Source: Candidatus Acidiferrales bacterium (GTDB lineage: Bacteria > Acidobacteriota > Terriglobia > Acidiferrales > UBA7541). Taken from it: a DNA stretch of 58,980 bases. The notes under the pieces were generated by a model. It had not been told where the DNA came from. It did no database searches and saw only the letters and a program-made list of their open reading frames with translations. The DNA lies in assembly GCA_050011035.1 (NCBI GenBank), contig JBEKJW010000008.1:1-58980 (forward strand), written 5' to 3'. The translations under genes were made by a program, and so were the position numbers. This document shows, in pieces, positions 43,748 through 52,493 of the stretch; position 1 is the stretch's first letter, and every line of letters begins with the position of its first letter.

Positions 43748-44893
43748 ATGGCCCTACGCCCCTCGAACTCAAGCCGTGCGCTGCGCCTGCTCGGCGTCGG
43801 ATTGATCATTGGCCTCGCCGCGTATTGGGCCGGTTCGCACTTCGGTCCGCACCCGACGCCAACGACGGTGAACGCCGTGCATCTGCCACCCGCGGGCACG
43901 GAGACTGGCCTGGACCCCACCGAAAACGAAAACGTTCGCATCTACCGCGACGCTTCGCCGTCCGTCGCAAACATTGTCACGCGCACCGTTCAGTACGACT
44001 TCTTCTACAATCCCGTGCCCGTCGAAGGTGCCGGCTCCGGCTTCCTGATCGACAAGGACGGCCACATCCTCACGAACTATCACGTCGTCGAAAACGCGCA
44101 GCAGATCGAAGTCACCCTCGGCGACCAGACGCGCGAAACCGCGAAATTTATCGGCGCCGATCAACGCAACGATATCGCTTTGATTCAGATCGATGCCAAG
44201 GGCCACAACTTCACGCCGCTCACGCTTGGCGATTCGCGCAATCTCGTCGTCGGCCAGCGCGCCCTGGCCATCGGCAATCCGTTCGGCTTTTCCGGCACGC
44301 TGACCACCGGCATCATCAGCGCGCTCGGCCGCACCGTGCAAACCAGCGACACCACTTTCATCGACGAAGCCATTCAAACTGACGCTGCCATCAACCGCGG
44401 AAATTCGGGCGGCCCACTGCTCGATTCGCATGGCCAGGTGATCGGTATCAACAGCGCGATCTACGCGCCCAGTGGCACCACCTCCGGCATCGGTTTTGCG
44501 ATTCCTATCAACACCGCGCGCCGCGTCGCCGAAGATCTGGTCAAGTACGGCCGCGTGCGCCGGGCCTCGCTCGGTGCCGAAGGCCGTCCGCTGTGGCCGC
44601 AGCTCGCCGACTATCTGAAGCTGCCGGTGAAGTCCGGCATCTTGATCGAGAAGGTCACTCCTGGCGGACCGGCAGCACTCGCGGGAATTCGCGGCGGATC
44701 GAAAACGATTCTCGGATTGCAGGAGCTGCGCGTAGGCGGCGACGTGATCATCGCGATCGACGGCAAGGAAGTCACAACGGGGACGGATCTGAATCTCTTG
44801 CTGAATCGCGCGCAGCCCGGCGACACTGTGACGCTTACCATCATCCGCGATGGCAAGCGCGTGGACATTCCCGTCAAGCTCGGCACCACTTAG
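43748..44893 (+). CDS. HtrA/DegP-family (S1C) serine protease with one PDZ domain
   Basis: Catalytic triad context HILTNYHVV, NDIALIQ, GNSGGPLLD. C-terminal PDZ ILIEKVTPGGPAALAGIRGG...GDVIIAIDG. Confidence 0.9.
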   Translation: MALRPSNSSRALRLLGVGLIIGLAAYWAGSHFGPHPTPTTVNAVHLPPAGTETGLDPTENENVRIYRDASPSVANIVTRTVQYDFFYNPVPVEGAGSGFLIDKDGHILTNYHVVENAQQIEVTLGDQTRETAKFIGADQRNDIALIQIDAKGHNFTPLTLGDSRNLVVGQRALAIGNPFGFSGTLTTGIISALGRTVQTSDTTFIDEAIQTDAAINRGNSGGPLLDSHGQVIGINSAIYAPSGTTSGIGFAIPINTARRVAEDLVKYGRVRRASLGAEGRPLWPQLADYLKLPVKSGILIEKVTPGGPAALAGIRGGSKTILGLQELRVGGDVIIAIDGKEVTTGTDLNLLLNRAQPGDTVTLTIIRDGKRVDIPVKLGTT

Positions 44894-44919
44894 CTTAAAG
44901 CGCCGCTGAATCGCGCGTT

Positions 44920-45759
44920 CTAGTGATGCGTGTGTTTTTGGCGCGATGCGCCGCGATCTCGCCCCGCATACTCGTCGCGCACGTCGCTCTTTTCGTCTTC
45001 GCTCATCGCGAACCATGCCTCGGCATCGTCCCGCACTCGCTCGAGCGATGACTGCATCTCGGCCAGCGTCACCTTTAGATCGTCGCCGCCTCCATCCGGT
45101 TTCATCCGAATCACCGGGGCGAAGATCATCACAGCGCGTGAGAACGGCATCGGCACTTTGAAAAGGTCCCAGGATTTCTTGAACGTGTAGCCGCTCTCGA
45201 CCCCGATGTGAAATACCGAAATGGGACAATTCATCCGCCGCGCCAGGATCACCGGCCCCGGCTTCGCCACGTAACGCGGCCCTCGCGGCCCGTCCACCGT
45301 GAACGCAACGTGCTTCCCTTCCCCCAGCTTCTGCGCCAACGCCGTAAGTCCAGCCATTCCACCGCGCGACGAGCTACCCTGCGCCGTACCAAATCCGAGC
45401 CACTCGATAACCTTTCGGGTCCACTGCCCGTCAAAATTAACGGTGTTCATCACCACCACGCCGCGATTGCGCCAGATCCACGCCGCGGGGAAAATGCAGC
45501 GGTGCCAGAAAACGCCGATGCCCGCGTTGCTCTTATCGCGAATTTGAGCGGCGTGCTGAATGCCAACGATTTCGACGCGTAGCGTTGGGCCAATCAGGCG
45601 AATCACGCTATAGACTGCGGCGGCGATGATCGGAATCTGCATCCTGCGCCAGCGCGAGAGCTTCGGCATCGGAATCGCGTCAGCGTCTGCTGTCGGCTGG
45701 GCGGCAGCCGGCGCAGCGGCGGGAGACGGATCGGGGATGGGTTTGGGGTCGTCGGTCAC
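44920..45759 (-). CDS. DUF374 / lysophospholipid acyltransferase-like protein
   Basis: FWHRCIFPAAWIWRNRGVVVMNTVNFDGQWTRKVIEWLGFGTAQGSSSRGG...FTVDGPRGPRY matches my memory of the DUF374 pattern. Confidence 0.75.
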   Translation of the reverse strand: MTDDPKPIPDPSPAAAPAAAQPTADADAIPMPKLSRWRRMQIPIIAAAVYSVIRLIGPTLRVEIVGIQHAAQIRDKSNAGIGVFWHRCIFPAAWIWRNRGVVVMNTVNFDGQWTRKVIEWLGFGTAQGSSSRGGMAGLTALAQKLGEGKHVAFTVDGPRGPRYVAKPGPVILARRMNCPISVFHIGVESGYTFKKSWDLFKVPMPFSRAVMIFAPVIRMKPDGGGDDLKVTLAEMQSSLERVRDDAEAWFAMSEDEKSDVRDEYAGRDRGASRQKHTHH

Positions 45760-45916
45760 GGCGAACTAGTATAGGCGGAGCGTTCGCGCAGCCGAAAGCG
45801 CGGACGACTGGCCGCCCGATTGCAAGCATCTAAGTAAATGAGAACAGAACAACTGGCTCGATGCGGGCCACGGCGGACGGTATAGAATAAAGGCTACGAG
45901 TCGAGTCGGCGTCCTG

Positions 45917-47227
45917 GTGTACTCCCTGCAACAATTCGTGCGGCACGTCGGGCAGCGCGCGTTTCGGCGCGGCACGTTGCGCTTTGCCTCCGTGCGTTCG
46001 GTGCTCCTGTGCGTGGCGCTCGCGTGTGGCGCCGGTGCAGTACAAGCGCAGGATGATGCACCTCCGCCGGGCACGATCGGCCGCGTGTCGGGCTACGACA
46101 TCTCGGTCGACAGCGGCGTCACTGCTCCGCTTGATTCGGCGACCAACTCGCCGGCGATCTATGTATCGAACGGCAGCGTCGTCACCGTGCACTCCGGCAG
46201 CGCGCACATGATCCTCGCTAGCGGCGGCCAGGTCGACATCTGCGGCCCGGCGAAATTCACATTGCTCGTGAGCGGTGGTTCGATCACGCTCGCGCTCAAC
46301 TTTGGCCGCGTTCACGTGCTGTTGCCGGCGGCGACGCCGCTTCGCATCTTCACGCCGACGATTGTGGCGACGCCGATCGATATCAGCGGCAACCAGCGCG
46401 ACGTAACCGCCGGGCTCGACCTGAACGACTCGCTCTGCGTTCGCGCCACCAGCGGCGCACTGCGGCTCGAGCAGCAATTCACCGGCGAGGACCTGATCGT
46501 CCCGCAGTCCGGCGAATTTTTTCTCGCGAACGGAAAGCTCGTCCCCGTCGCTGGAACTCCCGGTGGCTGCGACTGCGCGCTGATGGTCGCGAAAAAACCG
46601 GCGCCGCCTCCCGTGATCCCTGTCCTCGGCATCACCGGGCATCCAGCGCCCGCGCCCGAAGCTCCCGAAGTTGCGGCGAACAATCCACCGCCAAGCAACA
46701 TTCCCGTAGAGCAGCAGAACGTAACGCTGCACGCGCTTCAACTTAACAACGACGCGCATCCCGTTGCGCCGCAGCCGAAACCGGCGGAACCGCCGAAGCC
46801 ACTGGCGCCGTCCGAAGTTCCCGATTACAAAATCATCGCGCCACCGCTCGCGTTTTCCGCGAACGAGCCGCAGGCGCCGCAAGAATCGCAAAACGACGTT
46901 GCGCTTCTTGTGCGCACCGTGCACGTCGAGCCCGAGTGGCAATTCGCCGGGCACGTGCAGCCGCCCGGATCGAGTTCATTCACGAACCAGCCGTCCGTGA
47001 AGCCTGTCTCGGCTTCCAGGCCAGCGCCCAGCGCTCCGGCAAATCCGCCGCCGTCGAACCCGGCTCCTGCGCCAGCCGCAACCAACACGCCAGCACCGTC
47101 CACGAATGCTCCGCCGTCCGATGCGACGACTACCGCGTCAACCACGCCGAGCGTTCAACCCGTCTCCGCGCCTCAAAAAAAGGGCGGCTTCTGGTCGAAA
47201 CTCAAACGCGCTTTCGGCGGAAGTTAA
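45917..47227 (+). CDS. Secreted hypothetical protein, FecR-like N-terminal region and Pro/Ala-rich C-terminal half
   Basis: Signal peptide ...VLLCVALACGAGAVQAQ. A FecR-like beta-rich region, then a ~200-aa proline-rich tail. The antisense ORF is Arg-rich junk. Confidence 0.62.
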   Translation: MYSLQQFVRHVGQRAFRRGTLRFASVRSVLLCVALACGAGAVQAQDDAPPPGTIGRVSGYDISVDSGVTAPLDSATNSPAIYVSNGSVVTVHSGSAHMILASGGQVDICGPAKFTLLVSGGSITLALNFGRVHVLLPAATPLRIFTPTIVATPIDISGNQRDVTAGLDLNDSLCVRATSGALRLEQQFTGEDLIVPQSGEFFLANGKLVPVAGTPGGCDCALMVAKKPAPPPVIPVLGITGHPAPAPEAPEVAANNPPPSNIPVEQQNVTLHALQLNNDAHPVAPQPKPAEPPKPLAPSEVPDYKIIAPPLAFSANEPQAPQESQNDVALLVRTVHVEPEWQFAGHVQPPGSSSFTNQPSVKPVSASRPAPSAPANPPPSNPAPAPAATNTPAPSTNAPPSDATTTASTTPSVQPVSAPQKKGGFWSKLKRAFGGS

Positions 47228-47248
47228 AACTCCCCTCAAAAAGCAACA

Positions 47249-48931
47249 TTACATGCCTTCGTAGTTTGGTCCCCCGCCACCCTCCGGCGGAACCCAATCA
47301 ATGATCTGATACGGGTCGGCAATATCACACGTCTTGCAGTGCACGCAGTTGGTCGCGTTGATCTTCAGTTTTTTCGAGCCGTCTTTATCGAGCGTCATTT
47401 CATACACCGCGGCGGGACAGAAATACTGGCACGGGTTGCCGTACTCGCGGACGCAGCGATCGCTACAGATGCTCGGATCGAGCACGTGCAAGTGCGGCGG
47501 CTGATCTTCGTCGTGGCGCGTTCCCGAATGATAGACGTCGGTTAGGCGGTCAAACGTGAGCTTGCCATCGCCTTTGAATCGGGTCGATTGATCGACGAGC
47601 GTGTCAGGGCGATTGAGCTTGTTGTAGTCGAGATAGCCGGCCTTGGTGTGCATCGGATCGACGAGGCCGCGACCGCCGCTGACGAATTGAAGGCCCGAAA
47701 GAAAGAGCCCCTTCCACAAGCCGCCGTGAAAGGCCTGGTGGAAATTGCGAACCTCCCAGAGTTCGTCGCGCAACCAGCTTTTGTCGAGTTTGCGTTTGTA
47801 GGCAGAGAGCTTTTGCGCCGACGCATCGCCCGCGACGAGCGATTCGTAAGTCGTTTCGGCGGCGAGCATGCCGCTTTTGATCGCGGTGTGAATTCCCTTC
47901 AGCCGCTGCGAATTCAGAACGCTTGCGGAGTCGCCGACGATGAGCGCGCCATCGACGTACGTGCAGGGCATGGAATACCAGCCACCGTAAGGAAGCGACT
48001 TCGCACCGTAGCGGACCAGCTTGCCGCCTTCGAGAATGTCTTTCACGAACGGATGCGTTTTGTATTGCTGGAACGCGGCGTGCGGATCGAACAGCGGATC
48101 GGCGTATTCGAGCGAGACGACCAGGCCGAGCGACACGCGATTGTTCTGCATGCCGTAGACCCATCCGCCGCCGTAATAGTTGGTCGCAAGCGGCCAGCCG
48201 AGAGTGTGGGCCGTAAATCCTGTTTTGATTTTTCCCGGCTGCACCTCCCACAGTTCTTTCACGCCGATGCCGTAAACCTGCGGGTTCATCCCATCGAGAT
48301 TCAGGTGCTCGACCAGTTTCTTGCTGAGCGAGCCGCGCGTGCCTTCGGCGAGCACTGTGATTTTTGCGCGCAGCTCGTAGCCCGACGTGAAGTTGTCTTT
48401 CTGTTTGCCGTGCTTGTCGATGCCCTTGTCCTCGGTGAGAACTCCGGCGACGCCCTCGGTCGAGCCGCGCTTTTCGTAGAGCAGTTCGGCGCCGGCGAAT
48501 TGCGTGAAGATGTTCACGCCTTTGGCTTCGACGAGACCACCCAGCCATTTCACCATCCGGTTGAGCGACACCACGTAGTTGCCGTGGTTTTGGAGAGGCG
48601 GCGGGGTGATCGGCAGTTTGTAGCTCGACTTTTCGGTGAAGAAGTACGCGGCATCGTCGGTGACTTGCGCATCGAGCGGCGCCGATTTTTCGAAATCGGG
48701 AACCAGTTCGCGCAGTCCGCGCGGATCCATGATCGCGCCGGAAAGCTGGTGCGCGCCGACTTCGCGTCCCTTTTCGAGGACGTAAATATTTTCGGTGGAG
48801 AGGGCGGGAGACTTTTTGGCGGCGTTATGAGCTTCGATGAGATTCGAGAGATGGAGGGCGCAGGACAGGCCTGCGGGGCCGGCTCCGATGATCAGTACGT
48901 CGGCTTCCAGTTGTTCGCGTTCAATGGCCAT
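47249..48931 (-). CDS. Electron-transfer flavoprotein:ubiquinone oxidoreductase (ETF-QO)
   Basis: MAIEREQLEADVLIIGAGPAGLS (FAD fold) and the C-terminal 4Fe-4S region CVHCKTCDIADPYQIIDWVPPEGGGGPNYEGM. Start set at the ATG at 48931. The track ORF's extra 106 aa read through a repeat element. Confidence 0.92.
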   Translation of the reverse strand: MAIEREQLEADVLIIGAGPAGLSCALHLSNLIEAHNAAKKSPALSTENIYVLEKGREVGAHQLSGAIMDPRGLRELVPDFEKSAPLDAQVTDDAAYFFTEKSSYKLPITPPPLQNHGNYVVSLNRMVKWLGGLVEAKGVNIFTQFAGAELLYEKRGSTEGVAGVLTEDKGIDKHGKQKDNFTSGYELRAKITVLAEGTRGSLSKKLVEHLNLDGMNPQVYGIGVKELWEVQPGKIKTGFTAHTLGWPLATNYYGGGWVYGMQNNRVSLGLVVSLEYADPLFDPHAAFQQYKTHPFVKDILEGGKLVRYGAKSLPYGGWYSMPCTYVDGALIVGDSASVLNSQRLKGIHTAIKSGMLAAETTYESLVAGDASAQKLSAYKRKLDKSWLRDELWEVRNFHQAFHGGLWKGLFLSGLQFVSGGRGLVDPMHTKAGYLDYNKLNRPDTLVDQSTRFKGDGKLTFDRLTDVYHSGTRHDEDQPPHLHVLDPSICSDRCVREYGNPCQYFCPAAVYEMTLDKDGSKKLKINATNCVHCKTCDIADPYQIIDWVPPEGGGGPNYEGM

Positions 48932-48980
48932 GGCCCACAGACTACCAGCGGAATCGGCAATTTGGAGGCTGAATTTGTGT

Positions 48981-49057
48981 CGATTAGAACCGGGTGCGGG
49001 TCTTTGTTTTGTGTGAGTTACGGGCGTTTCTAATCGCATCGAGTATCGATTAGAAAT
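48981..49057. repeat. Three-arm palindromic repeat element, copy A (CGATTAGAAC - 35 nt - GTTTCTAATCG - 10 nt - CGATTAGAAAT)
   Basis: Read directly. Arm spacing is identical to copy B. The internal spacer shares TTTGTTTT and AGTTAC. Confidence 0.85.
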
Positions 49058-49256
49058 GGCGGGGCGGCGAGTGCGCGCACAGTTTATTGCGGAAGGGTTT
49101 AGGTTGCGCAGCCAGGAATCTCCGCGCTGAACTGCCTGCGCGGAGGCAAAACCGGCGAAGTGGCTACCCCACGTCACGCGCAGGCTGAAATCTACGGTAC
49201 GAGATTTGTGGGCGCTGCGCTTGTGATCGGTAATCGACGTGTGTGTCATCTAGTGC

Positions 49257-49333
49257 CGATTAGAACGCACCTCCTTCGTTTGTTTTCTGGAAGTTACACC
49301 GGTTTCTAATCGTACGAGATGTCGATTAGAAAT
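49257..49333. repeat. Three-arm palindromic repeat element, copy B
   Basis: Same arms at 49257-49266, 49302-49312 and 49323-49333, 276 nt to the right of copy A. Confidence 0.85.
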
Positions 49334-49618
49334 TCGCCCGGAGATCAATTTGCGGGAGAAACGTACGTATGAATACGGATGAATGGTCTGGGCGAGATTG
49401 GGCGTCGTGCCGGGAGTGGTGCGTCCGTCGGCTTGAGTGAAGTGGCCGCGTCGCATACGGTTTCGTTGTGGGGGCTCTACTTAGCCCCGACTCACGTTAC
49501 CACAACGGTAACTAGTTGTAAAGAGAATAGTGCGAATTTCTAAACGGGAATGGGGCCCACAGACTGACAGTCCATGTTACAGCGCCCGCTTCGCGAGCGC
49601 CTGAGCGTGGAACGGGAG

Positions 49619-50602
49619 CTAGTGGGGCTTTTCGAGTTCTTCGACCAGGGCGGGGACGATTTCGAAGAGGTCGCCTACCACGCCGTAGTCGGCGATTTCG
49701 AAAATCGGGGCGTTCTGGTCTTTGTTGATGGCGGCGATGGTGCGGGCGCCTTTCATGCCGACGACGTGCTGGATGGCGCCGCTGATGCCAAGGGCGAAGT
49801 AGAGCTTGGGCGCGACAGTCTGGCCGGAGCTGCCGATCTGGCGGTCCATGGGGAGCCAGCCTTCGTCGCAGATCGGGCGCGAGGCGCAGAGTTCGCCGCC
49901 CATGGCTTTGGCGAGTTTTTCGGCGAGCGGAATATTTTCCGGCGCTTTGATGCCGCGGCCAACGCTGACAAGGATCGGGCTTTGCGTGAGGTCGACGGCT
50001 TGCTTGGCTTCGCGGAAAAGCTCGCCGGGCTTAGTGCGAATTTGCTCGGGCTTCAGGTCGACGGCGGCGGGCTTCACGGGCGCTTTGCCGCCGGCGTGCT
50101 TTTTTGCGAGGTCGGCACGGAAGGCGCTGGCCTGAAACGTGGCGATCCAGGGCGCGTCTCCGGCGAACACGACGTCGGCGACGGTGCGGCCCTGAAACAT
50201 CTGGCGGACGAAGGTGAGCTTTCCGCCCTCTTCCCGATACGAGGTGCAATCGCCGATCATTCCCTTCCCAAGCGACGCGGCGAGAGCGGGCGCGAAGTCG
50301 CGGACTTGATAGGTGTGTGGGAAAAGGACGAGGTCGGGCTTGCTCACTTCGATAATTTGCTTGAGCGCGATGGAAAAGCCGTCGGGAGTGTAGTTCGCGA
50401 GCAGGTCGTGTTCGACGAGAAGCACTTCGTCGAGATGGTAGCCGGCGAGTTCGTCGGCGAGAGCACCGACGCCTTTGCCGATGACGACGGCGGTGACAGT
50501 GCCTTTAGTCTGCTCGGCGATTTGCTGCGCGGCGGCGACGATCTCGAAGCTGACTTTGTTCCACTTGGCGTCGCGCTGTTCGGTGATGGCAAGAATTTTC
50601 AT
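49619..50602 (-). CDS. etfA: Electron transfer flavoprotein alpha subunit
   Basis: [20 protein letters not shown]... and the C-terminal FAD-binding region [53 protein letters not shown]. Confidence 0.93.
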   Translation of the reverse strand: MKILAITEQRDAKWNKVSFEIVAAAQQIAEQTKGTVTAVVIGKGVGALADELAGYHLDEVLLVEHDLLANYTPDGFSIALKQIIEVSKPDLVLFPHTYQVRDFAPALAASLGKGMIGDCTSYREEGGKLTFVRQMFQGRTVADVVFAGDAPWIATFQASAFRADLAKKHAGGKAPVKPAAVDLKPEQIRTKPGELFREAKQAVDLTQSPILVSVGRGIKAPENIPLAEKLAKAMGGELCASRPICDEGWLPMDRQIGSSGQTVAPKLYFALGISGAIQHVVGMKGARTIAAINKDQNAPIFEIADYGVVGDLFEIVPALVEELEKPH

Positions 50603-50637
50603 GATGAGTGCGTTCCCTTTCGATATTCCGAAATTTT

Positions 50638-51408
50638 TTAGAGCACGCGCGCATCGTGGCGCAGTTTTTCGACGAGCTTGGCGGCGATTTCTTTCGGCTG
50701 GCCGGTGATGAACTCGGTCTTCTTCGTTTTGGTCGGAACGTAGATGCGCTGGACCTGCTGTGTGGGAGTGACGGTGACGCCGAGGGACGAGCGGTCAACC
50801 GTGACGATTTCTTTTTTCTTCGCGGCCATGATGCCCTTCAGCGTGGCGTAGCGGGGCTTGTTGATGCCGGACTGAATGGAGAGCACGGCGGGCAGCGGGA
50901 TTTCGACCCACTGAAACCAGCCGGCTTCAAGTTCGCGCTTGAGCTTCAGGTGATTGTCGATCACTTCGATGGCCATGATGATGGTGCCGTGCGGACGGCC
51001 AAGAAGTTCGGCGAGGAGGACGCCGGTTTGGCCGAAGCCCTGGTCGTCACTCTGGAGGCCGGTGAGGATCAGATCGAAATTTTCGGCTTTGATCGCGGCG
51101 GCGAGGGATTTCGCGGAGTTCAGCGGGTCGAGCTTGAAGAATTCGCTGTCGGCGATGTGAATGCCGCGGTCGGCACCCTTGGCGAGAGCTTCCTTGATGG
51201 TTTGCTTGGAGCGCTCGGGGCCCATGGAAATGGCGACGACTTCGCCGCCGTGCTTTTCTTTCAGGCGCAGGGCTTCTTCGAGCGCAAAGCCGTCCGGCTC
51301 GTTTGTTTCAAAACCGATGTCGGATTCGCGAATCCAAGCGCCTTCGCCCAGGATGGCGAGGGGCGCGTCTTTCGCGGGGACTTGCTTCACGCAAACTCCG
51401 ATCTTCAC
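50638..51408 (-). CDS. etfB: Electron transfer flavoprotein beta subunit
   Basis: MKIGVCVKQVP..., DLILTGLQSDD, 256 aa, immediately upstream of etfA. Confidence 0.93.
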   Translation of the reverse strand: MKIGVCVKQVPAKDAPLAILGEGAWIRESDIGFETNEPDGFALEEALRLKEKHGGEVVAISMGPERSKQTIKEALAKGADRGIHIADSEFFKLDPLNSAKSLAAAIKAENFDLILTGLQSDDQGFGQTGVLLAELLGRPHGTIIMAIEVIDNHLKLKRELEAGWFQWVEIPLPAVLSIQSGINKPRYATLKGIMAAKKKEIVTVDRSSLGVTVTPTQQVQRIYVPTKTKKTEFITGQPKEIAAKLVEKLRHDARVL

Positions 51409-51610
51409 GACTTCCTCCGGAAATTGGGCTGCAACGACAATTTGATAGTTTCTATCAGTATTTCATATTTGGAGCCAGGGCACAAAGGGGTGAGGTGGTC
51501 CGTGTGGACGGGCCAAATTGTGCTATTCGTGGAAGGGTACGGTTCGTTCTATGTACCGGCGAATTACGTCCGAACGGATTTGCTGACTACGAACTTGGGA
51601 GACGGGACCA

Positions 51611-52078
51611 ATGGGAAAAGGCATCGGAATACTGGCGCTGATCGTGGTGGGGATTGCAGTGCTGGGGCTAGGCGCATGGAAGTACGACACGTCGCACACG
51701 GACGACGAGGTGGTGGCGGCGGAAACCTTGATGAAGAGCGACCTGGAAGCGCACGTGCCGACTAGCTCGACGCGGGAGCAGCTTGAGAAGTTTCTTGATG
51801 CGCGAGGGTTGCCGGACCACGCCTACCTCAATCATGTGCCGCCACAGCCAGAGTTCCAAGGCGCGAGCGAGCTGGAGTGGGTAACGTCTCCGCAATACGG
51901 CAACATGATGCACGAGTGCCGGCTCTACTGGCATTTCTTCCTCGACGACTCGGAGCGGCTGATTGGATACTCGGACACCGCGCTGTGCAAGGCGGACCTC
52001 ACGACAGCCACGACCGACCCTGGAGAGCCGATGCGCCCGGGGGTGGACGTGAAGCCGAAGCAACCGAAGCGGGAGTAG
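51611..52078 (+). CDS. Hypothetical membrane-anchored protein
   Basis: N-terminal TM GIGILALIVVGIAVLGLGAW and a balanced globular remainder. No family recognised. Confidence 0.58.
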   Translation: MGKGIGILALIVVGIAVLGLGAWKYDTSHTDDEVVAAETLMKSDLEAHVPTSSTREQLEKFLDARGLPDHAYLNHVPPQPEFQGASELEWVTSPQYGNMMHECRLYWHFFLDDSERLIGYSDTALCKADLTTATTDPGEPMRPGVDVKPKQPKRE

Positions 52079-52091
52079 GAAGAGTGGCTTC

Positions 52092-52493
52092 GTGACTGAG
52101 CTTCCAAAATTCCACGACGAACTTCTGGATGGGCTGCGAATACTCGCTGGCGGAGTGGTCGAATTCTATTTGCGTAACGTGAGCGGCGAGACATTCACGC
52201 TCGAGCTGCGCGGCGTGACGCGGATGGGAATTTGGGAGGTTCGCGAAGGCAACATCATTTTTGACTTGATCGTGCGCGACGTGGCGAGCGCCACTGCGGA
52301 GGATGTCGCGACGCTGGGCCTCGCAGGTCCAGACGGCCCGGATACTGACGCGGTGGCGTGGTTGCGTGGGTCTAAGTCGAAGCTGCTTGAAATTAATTCT
52401 TCATACGGGGCGAATGGGCTCGTCGTATTTGAGAGCTATAAGTTGCACGCAACCGGGGAGCGGTCGAGCGGCTCTACTATTCCCAGCGCTTGA
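52092..52493 (+). CDS. Hypothetical protein (GTG start)
   Basis: 133-aa ORF 13 nt after the previous gene. Its 3' end overlaps the convergent fabF stop by 17 nt. No family recognised. Confidence 0.5.
   Translation: MTELPKFHDELLDGLRILAGGVVEFYLRNVSGETFTLELRGVTRMGIWEVREGNIIFDLIVRDVASATAEDVATLGLAGPDGPDTDAVAWLRGSKSKLLEINSSYGANGLVVFESYKLHATGERSSGSTIPSA

Noticed and set aside
43769-45229. 486-aa minus-strand ORF spanning htrA and into the DUF374 gene
   Set aside because: A shadow ORF. The + frame has the complete HtrA catalytic triad and PDZ domain.
48932-49249. 106-aa N-terminal extension of the ETF-QO ORF (track start 49249)
   Set aside because: The extension reads through repeat copy A and has no flavoprotein features. 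The canonical FAD-binding N-terminus begins at the ATG at 48931 (MAIEREQLEADVLIIGAGPAGLS).
48981-49333. Considered whether the repeated elements are a mini-CRISPR array
   Set aside because: - There are only two copies, 276 nt apart.
- Each copy is itself a composite of three 9-11-nt arms with long internal spacers.
- No cas genes are present.

The geometry is wrong for CRISPR.
49250-49456. 68-aa minus-strand ORF in the etfA/ETF-QO gap
   Set aside because: Its C-terminal half is simply the translation of repeat copy B (…SNRHLVRLETGVTSRKQTKEVRSNRH). This parallels the artefactual extension over copy A, so it is probably not a gene.
47588-51765. Long + strand ORFs (47588-49033, 49574-50641, 50608-51765) across ETF-QO, etfA and etfB
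   Set aside because: All lie antisense to genes with unambiguous ETF and ETF-QO motifs, and their composition is Arg/Gly/Asp junk.
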